DNA of 64,000 bases, from positions 480,001 through 544,000 of the forward strand of contig CAVZSQ010000022.1 in assembly GCA_963777955.1 (NCBI GenBank). Reading direction: 5' to 3'. The position numbers were made by a program, and so were the translations under genes. This document shows, piece after piece, positions 57,271-64,000 of the stretch (positions within the stretch are counted from its first letter, which is position 1; every line of letters begins with the position of its first letter). Below the pieces are notes generated by a model. The model had not been told where the DNA came from, did not search any database, and was given only the letters and a program-made list of their open reading frames with translations. The DNA is from Calditrichia bacterium (GTDB lineage Bacteria; Calditrichota; Calditrichia; JAJRVZ01).

Positions 57271-58162
57271 TTAAAATCCTGCTTTCTTGTTATTTTCCAC
57301 ATACACACCGGCCACAGGATAGAAGCCCATCTTTTCTACCACTTTTTGTCCATCAGAACTCAGAATGAATGCGACAAAATCACGTACGGCACCTTTAGGT
57401 TTACCATTAATGTACTGAAATAAGGCGCGGGCAATCGGGTATTTGCCGGCTTTGATGTTTTCGGGGATCAGCGGAGAAACAGACTGTCGATTTATCATCA
57501 CTGGCCACATCGAGTACCTGCATGCCTTCATAGACCTTACCTGCTTCATCGTGCACATAGCCGACACCGATATATCCAATTCCGGCCTGATCACTTTTTA
57601 CACCTTCCACGATCTGGGCGCTGCCGTTCATCTGCTTCATCTTTTGAGAATAATCCTTATTGCCCAGCACATGTTCCTGGAAGAAAACATAAGTACCCGA
57701 ATTGGGCTGGCGGCCATAAAGGGAGATCGGCAGATCTGGTCCGCCCACTTCTTTCCAGTTGGAAATCTCACCGCGGTAAATCGCACCGATCTGTCTTATG
57801 GTCAGGGATTTTACCGGGTTGCCGGCATTGACGATTACGGACAGGGCGTCGATGCCGATGGCGATCTCAACGGGTATTACCCCGTTCTCCTTGGCCGCAG
57901 CATATTCCTTTTCTTTCATCGGACGCGAGGCATCGGCAATCTGGATCTGGCCGTTGATCAGAGCCGCTATGCCAACTCCCGATCCGCCGCCGGTCACAAC
58001 AATCGGGATTTTAGGATTTTTTTCCATATAAGTTTCGGCCAGCATCTGCACCAGGTTGACCGAGGTATCGGATCCTTTAATCTGGATCATATCCTGTGCC
58101 GAGAGTATCGGCAGAGTGAACAGGATGGTTAATATTGCGATAATTCCTGATTTAAGTCTCAT
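57271..58162 (-). CDS. pstS: Phosphate-binding protein (frameshift near 57480)
   Basis: IKGSDT, GGGSGVG, ASRPMK, RQPNSGT; YPIARALFQY in the next frame. Confidence 0.92.
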
Positions 58163-58202
58163 TTTATTTCCTCATTTGGTTTATGGTTTTTGTTATTTAT
58201 CA

Positions 58203-59385
58203 TTATTGAATTACGATTTTACCGGAATCGAACTTAAGATGCAGGGTCAACCGGGCGGTAATATCGTCATTTAATCCTGATTTGGCATATTGCTTGATCA
58301 TAATATTCGGCATCAGGTGCACATTGCCCGCGGGTATGTAATCGAGACCGGCGATTATCAGGGTATTCTCGTCGTCCAGCCCGCTGCTGAATTTTCCGGT
58401 TTTATCATCGAACTTGGTATACACCTCGTCTCCGCTATTCTGGTCGTAATAATCATAACGGGCGAATACTTTCAGTTTGGGCAATGGGGTGATCCAGGAG
58501 GCAAACAGCGAATAACCCATTTTCTTGACATCGGCAACCGTGGAGGAGGTCACTTTATATTTTGAGCTGGCGCTGTCATAAGCGGCCGTTGCATTCTCCA
58601 GACCCGCAGCGGTATTGGTGCGCATGAACACTTCGGCTCCGACGGTCAGACGCACGTCGCTGTAACCAACAAAACCTTTAACTGTGTTGTAACCGGTCGA
58701 CCCTGTATAGTCCTTGCCGGCACTCATAACCGTGGCCGTCTGGGCATCCTTGGGATTCTGCTTTTCATAATCGACATATCCTTCCAGGATCAGGCCCGCC
58801 AGTGGAGTAACCCACAGGGCGTAACCGATCTTTTTATAACGGTCGCCTTCCGCTGCGCTGTAACCTGTTCCGTTCATCAGAGTAATCCAGTGATGCAGGT
58901 ATTTGGAGTCGATATCGCCTTTGAGCGCCAGGCCCATATCGGCCGATGAAGAGATCTTATTCAAATCCATGATGGTTTTCTCGACGGAACGGTAGCCCCA
59001 GTACTCTTCAGAGTTTTTGAATGCGTTGGTTTCGGCGATTCCCAGGTATAGTACATGTTTTGGAATAAGATTACTCCATTCCATGTAGGCATGCTTGACG
59101 AAAGGATTGATTTTCGCAGTGCTGCCATAGCTGTTGGACTCCGACTCCAGCCGGAAGCGAACTTTAATATTTTCGGTGATGGTGTTATCGAAGGTAAAAT
59201 AGATCCGGCGGAAGGTAAAAGCATTACGGTCCTTCTCGGCCGGAACACTATTATCGACGTTATAATAATAGTCGCTGAAAAATTGTCCGCTGATGGTGGA
59301 TGTAATCTGGGCCAGGGCCGGATTACTCACAGCGAGTACGATAGCTGATGCATAACAGCAGAATAAAAACTGGCATACTTCTCAT
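58203..59385 (-). CDS. Putative phosphate-regulated outer-membrane porin (frameshift in the signal peptide)
   Basis: AAGGAG RBS; FRRIYFTFD, FARYD and beta-strand pattern; between Pho box and pstS. Confidence 0.7.
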
Positions 59386-59499
59386 TTGGTTTCTCCTTAT
59401 GTTTGATAATTTAGCCATATTAATTTCTCGTCTACTTGAATCGTTAATACCCGAATTCGGATTTCGATTGTACGGTCAATCTTCTCGTTTTCAGGGGAT

Positions 59500-59553
59500 A
59501 GTATAAAAAGGCAATGTTAAGGAAGAAGGGAGGCCATGTTAAATTTATGTGAA
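59500..59553 (-). promoter_or_regulatory. Pho-box-like direct repeats and -10 element
   Basis: Minus strand TTCACAT-N4-TTAACAT-N15-TTAACAT (11/22-bp phase), then TATACT. Confidence 0.75.
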
Positions 59554-59580
59554 GTCGAAAATGCTGTGGAATGCCTGTTT

Positions 59581-61352
59581 TTATGCTTTGGGCAGAGTGA
59601 AACTGAAAATCGATCCCCGGCCGTAATCCGAGCGGACCCACACTTCGCCGCCGTGGGCCGAGATGATGTTCCTGACGATCGACAGGCCCAGGCCGGTGCC
59701 CCCCAGTTCGCGGGAGCGGGCCTTATCGACCCGGTAAAACCTTTCAAAAATTCTGGTCAGATCTTCTGCCGGAATACCGATACCAGTATCGCTGATGTCC
59801 ACCTGTATATATTTCTCGGTGGCGCGGGCATTTATTTTTATGGACCCTCCGGCCGGTGTATACTTTAAGGCGTTGTCCAGCAGGTTCAGCAGTACCTGGG
59901 ATAGTCTTTTCTCGTCCGCCAGGACGCGGGACAACGAGTCGCTAATTTCATTGCTAACGGCCAGTGATTTATCCCGGGCCGATTGGTCCAGGATTCCGAT
60001 AACGCGCTGTACTATCGGTTTTAATTCCAGCGGTAAAAATACCATGTCCATTTTGCCGGATTCAATTTTAGAGAGATCAAGCAGGTCATCGATCAGATTG
60101 GCCAAACGGTTGCCGTCGGCATGGATTGTTTCGATGAATTCGCGGGCATGGGTTTTATCATCGAGGGCACCGTCCAGCAGGGTTTCGGTATAACCTGTAA
60201 TACTGGCCACCGGTGTGCGCAACTCGTGGGAAACATTTGCCACGAAATCCTGTCTGATTCTTTCCAGCCGCCGTATTTCGGTCAGATCGTGAAATACCAG
60301 CACGCATCCCTCGACCTGATTATGGCTGGTCAGGGATACACCGTTGATCTCGATAAATTTTTCCTCGGGCTGGCTGATGGTGATTTTTTCGTTGATAAAT
60401 TTTGCGTTTTGCAGCAGCAACTGATCGACTATTTTTTGAACGGCCGAATTACGCAGAGTATCCAGTATTTTCTTACCGGTTGGATCTGCATCGATCATGA
60501 ACATTTTACGCAGGGCCGGATTCATCAGGACAATTTCTTCCCGGGCATTGGTTACCATGATCCCTTCAAACATGCTGGACAGGATAGTATCCAAACGGGT
60601 CACTTCCTGTTTTATCGTTTCGATATTTTTCCGAGTTCGGCGGACATAAAGGAGAGGGCCGAGGCCAGGTTGCCGATCTCGTCTTTACTATAGATGGCCG
60701 GTTTGCGCGAAAAATCCCCTCTGGCCATAGCCATGGCGATATCGGCCATCTCGCGCAGTGGTTTTGAGGCGATCAAGGTTATCAGGCTGGCGAAGCCCAC
60801 ACTTAATAAAAAGACCAGCAGCATGGTAAAAATTATTTTTTGCCGCGGTTCGGATTGAAATAATTCCACCTCCGATTGAGGCAACGACAAGCGGATAATA
60901 CCGGAGAAGTTCTCATGGCCGAACGGAAGCGCCATGTAAAAAAGTTGTTTCTTCAGGGTATAACTGTAGCGGGTATTGAAGCCGAATCCGTGTTGGAGAG
61001 CCTGCTGAACCTCCGGCCGGTCCAGATGATTCTCGGCCTGCGGCAATTGGTCCGGTTCGAGCTCCGAATCTCCCAGCAGTTGACCGGCGGACCCGATAAT
61101 GGTGACGCGAAGCCGAGGGTGCGGCCGATTGAATCGGCCAGAGCATCAGCAGCGCCGAGGCCGTCGTGTATTTTTAAGATGAAGATTCAGAAAATCCCTG
61201 GCCAGGTACAATTCAGTTTTAACTGCACCTGCAGATCGTCTTTCCATAATGTTATCCAGGCGGCTGCTCAGGTAGGAGTAACCGATCAGCAGTCCCATTA
61301 TGATGGCCAGGCCAAAAATCAGGGTCAGTTTAAGATGAATGCTGATTTTCAT
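59581..61352 (-). CDS. phoR: Sensor histidine kinase PhoR (several frameshifts)
   Basis: ENHLDRPEV, HAMP, PAS, ANVSHELRTP, NLLDNALKY, GGTGLGL. Confidence 0.9.
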
Positions 61353-62044
61353 CCTGTTCCTCCCGGAAGCGGTAACCCATACCGGTAACGGTTTCGATCA
61401 TATCTCCGGCCTCGCCCAGTTTGGTGCGCAGGTGTTTGATATGGGTGTCGACGGTGCGGGTAAAAACATCGGCGGCCAGGTCCCATACATCATTGAGCAA
61501 GATTTCCCTGGATTGAACGATGCCCTGCCGCTCCATCAGCGTAACCAGTAGTTTGAACTCCAGTGGGGTGAGCATGACTTCTTTCTCCCGGAAACATTAC
61601 CTGGTGCCGTGGAATATCCACTGCCAGGTTACCGCTGCGCAGAATATCTTCCGGTTGTTCTTTTAACCTGCAGGCGTCTGAGAATAGCTTTAATCCGTAA
61701 AATTATTTCCCTGCGGGCTGAACGGTTTGACGATGTAGTCATCAGCACCCAGCTCCAGACCGACAATGCGGTCCACTTCCTCCCCTTTGGCCGTCAGCAT
61801 GATAATGGGAATATTTCCGGGTGGCCTTGTCCTGCCGGATTTGCCGGCAGACCTCGAGACCATCCATCCGGGGCAGCATGATATCCAGAATGATCAAATG
61901 TGGTTGCTGCCGGGATAAAATTTCCAGCGCAGCCTCACCGCTGTAGGCATTAATTGCCTCAAATCCTGCTTTTTCCAGATTGTATTTTAACAACTTGGAA
62001 ATACTTTTATCATCTTCAATAATCAGTATTTTTTGCTTAGCCAT
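61330..62044 (-). CDS. phoB: Response regulator PhoB/PhoP (frameshifts)
   Basis: IEDD, LDIMLP; winged helix LTPLEFKLL...[12 protein letters not shown]...GMGYRF. Confidence 0.88.
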
Positions 62045-62098
62045 TTTCTAAATAATTAAACAATATAGGGTGTAGATTGTATGAAGTGGTAGTCCGAG

Positions 62099-62172
62099 TG
62101 GGGCAGAAGGGAGTTGAACCCCTGACCTCTACGATGTGAGCGTAGCGCTCTAACCAACTGAGCTACTGCCCC
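62099..62172 (-). tRNA. tRNA-Val (CAC)
   Basis: GGGGCAGTAGCTCAGTTGG...CTACG CT CAC AT CGTAG...GGTTCAACTCC...CTGCCCCA. Confidence 0.96.
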
Positions 62173-62182
62173 GCTTTTTCGT

Positions 62183-63049
62183 TTATGGCAGTTCCTGTAT
62201 ATGTTTCTGGGCCTGCCGCAGGTATTCACTGTTAGGATATTGATCAACCAGGCGTTGAAATTCTTCCCGGGCTTTGCTTTTGTCACCCAGACGCAAATGA
62301 CACAAGCCGAGTTTAAATTGTGCGGCGTCCAGTTTATTTGATTTAGGAAAAGTAAATACTTTTTCGAAATCTATGATTGCTTTTTTGTACTGTCCCAGAG
62401 CGTAATGACACTCTCCGATCCAGAACTGCGAATTATCAGCCAGGCTGTGGTTATTCTGAGCGGCTAATAAACTCTCGAAGGATTCGATGGCATCCTGGTA
62501 ATTGTGCGAATGGAATAAGGACAAAGCCTCGTCATACCTGCCCTCATATTCTCCGTATCCGACATCACCGGAGCTGGGGGTATAAGACGATGATATCGTA
62601 GGAGCAGCCTGCTTTTGCGCTTCCAGTTGATAAATCTGCTCGCTCTGTTTTTTCAACTGTGCTTTCAGATCGTTGATCATGAGATCCTTTTTTTCTACCT
62701 GTGCTTTCAGATCAGTGACCTGTTTTTCCAGTTCGGTATTCTGAGGTTTGGCAGGCGGCTGTTCCTGTTGCATGGCGACATCTTTAGCATCCAGCAAACC
62801 CAATGTCTCATCTTTTTTTCCGCTTGGTTTCTTCTGGGTTTGTTTATCCTTAGAATCATTGCTGCCGCTCTTCTGATCACCGGTAACTCCCAGCAGGGAT
62901 TCAATCTCGTCTAATTCTTTCTGGCGGGCAGATTCTTCATCTGTTGCCTGCTCTGCATCTGCATCTGGTTTACGGGAAGAGCCGCATGACCACAGTAAAA
63001 ACGCACCAAGAACCACAATCAGAAACAAACGACTAATTTTTTTTAGCAT
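62183..63049 (-). CDS. CpoB/YbgF-like TPR lipoprotein
   Basis: LWSC lipobox, coiled coil, TPR region ADNSQFWIGECHY...AQFKLG. Confidence 0.85.
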   Translation of the reverse strand: MLKKISRLFLIVVLGAFLLWSCGSSRKPDADAEQATDEESARQKELDEIESLLGVTGDQKSGSNDSKDKQTQKKPSGKKDETLGLLDAKDVAMQQEQPPAKPQNTELEKQVTDLKAQVEKKDLMINDLKAQLKKQSEQIYQLEAQKQAAPTISSSYTPSSGDVGYGEYEGRYDEALSLFHSHNYQDAIESFESLLAAQNNHSLADNSQFWIGECHYALGQYKKAIIDFEKVFTFPKSNKLDAAQFKLGLCHLRLGDKSKAREEFQRLVDQYPNSEYLRQAQKHIQELP

Positions 63050-63162
63050 AATACCTCCAGGATATGGAGAAGTCGAGTTTAAATTTATACATGCAGCAAC
63101 TGTAATTCAAGTAATTTCTTAAATTTACCTGCTGCTGAAAATGACTTATTTCCTCCTGGAAT

Positions 63163-64000
63163 TTACAAGGTAAGTCCGATTTTATTTCTGGCAATGCTGA
63201 TAACAATTCCGATCATCAACATGTTAGTTAATAAAAAAGATCCGCCATAACTGATAAATGGTAAAGGGAGGCCGGTTACCGGAGCCATACCGATGGTCAT
63301 ACCGATATTAATTACCACATGAAAAAAGATAATGGTCAAAATACCAATGATGACCATACTCTCGAACTGATCACGGACCAGCGCAGCCAGCTGGATCAAC
63401 CGTAAAATTAACAAGGTGAAGAACAGCAGTACGGTTGTGGAACCTAAAAAGCCAAATTCTTCGCCGATCACTGAAAAAATAAAATCGGTATGTTGAGCAG
63501 GCAAAAACCGTAAATGGGTCTGTGAACCATTAAGATAACCTTTGCCGGCGATTCCCCCGGATCCGATAGCCACCTGAGACTGGATTATTTGATATCCTGA
63601 ACCTTTAGGATCTTTTTCCGGATTGATGAAGGTAACGATTCTCTGCTGCTGGTAGGGGCGGAGGTGTCCCCATAAATAAGGGGTAACAATACCGACTGAA
63701 ATATTGAGCAGGAAAACTGCAGCAATGATGACTGGTTTTCTGCGTGAGTAAAAAAGAATAAATAATATCAGCAGCATTAAAATCAGGAAAGTCCAAAAAG
63801 TAAAGGAGGCAATGATAGTCAGAATCGGTGTAAGGATAACAAAAATATTGAACCAATTTAAACCAGCCCAGAATAGCAGCGGTATAATAAGGGCCAGGAA
63901 TACCAGGGAAGTACCGAGATCAGGTTGATTGACAATGAGTAAGGCCGGGACCAAAATTATGCCTGTACCGAGTACGAAATATTTTAAGCGATTCACATCT
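63163..64000 (-). CDS. rodA: Rod shape-determining protein RodA (5' end beyond the window)
   Basis: QPDLGT, GYQIIQSQVAIGSGG, LPAQHTDFIFS, PVTGLPLPFISYGGS. Confidence 0.93.
   Translation of the reverse strand, partial: DVNRLKYFVLGTGIILVPALLIVNQPDLGTSLVFLALIIPLLFWAGLNWFNIFVILTPILTIIASFTFWTFLILMLLILFILFYSRRKPVIIAAVFLLNISVGIVTPYLWGHLRPYQQQRIVTFINPEKDPKGSGYQIIQSQVAIGSGGIAGKGYLNGSQTHLRFLPAQHTDFIFSVIGEEFGFLGSTTVLLFFTLLILRLIQLAALVRDQFESMVIIGILTIIFFHVVINIGMTIGMAPVTGLPLPFISYGGSFLLTNMLMIGIVISIARNKIGLTL

Noticed and set aside
44152..61881. Long plus-strand ORFs antisense to pse, pyr, pst and pho genes
   Set aside because: Shadow ORFs of well-supported minus-strand genes.

Overview
64-kb bacterial chromosome segment. 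The gene content (CxxxY-type CcmE, group II GGGP synthase, PD40/Omp85 fusion, PyrR attenuator) suggests an FCB-related deep-branching lineage such as Calditrichota; this is inference only. Left: PAP2 phosphatase, a sigma54-preceded HTH gene, ccmABCDE and a metallopeptidase-propeller-Omp85 fusion. Centre: two ~99% identical 16S rRNA genes in direct orientation ~21 kb apart. The first carries tRNA-Ile/tRNA-Ala but no 23S; the second is followed by 23S and 5S but no tRNAs. Between them is ~19 kb of accessory DNA: three glycoside hydrolases, a membrane AraC/hydrolase/outer-membrane locus, and a decaying integrase-less integron cassette array (attC sites, TA module). Right: glycosyltransferases, O-antigen ligase, WcaJ, a pseudaminic acid pathway, gmhA, GGGP synthase, pyrRBC with attenuator, pho/pst genes with a Pho box, tRNA-Val, cpoB and rodA. 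Intergenic DNA holds nested REP-like palindromes, and their 16-nt hairpin modules recur inside variable helices of the 16S and 23S rRNAs. Many single-base frameshifts are probably long-read consensus errors.
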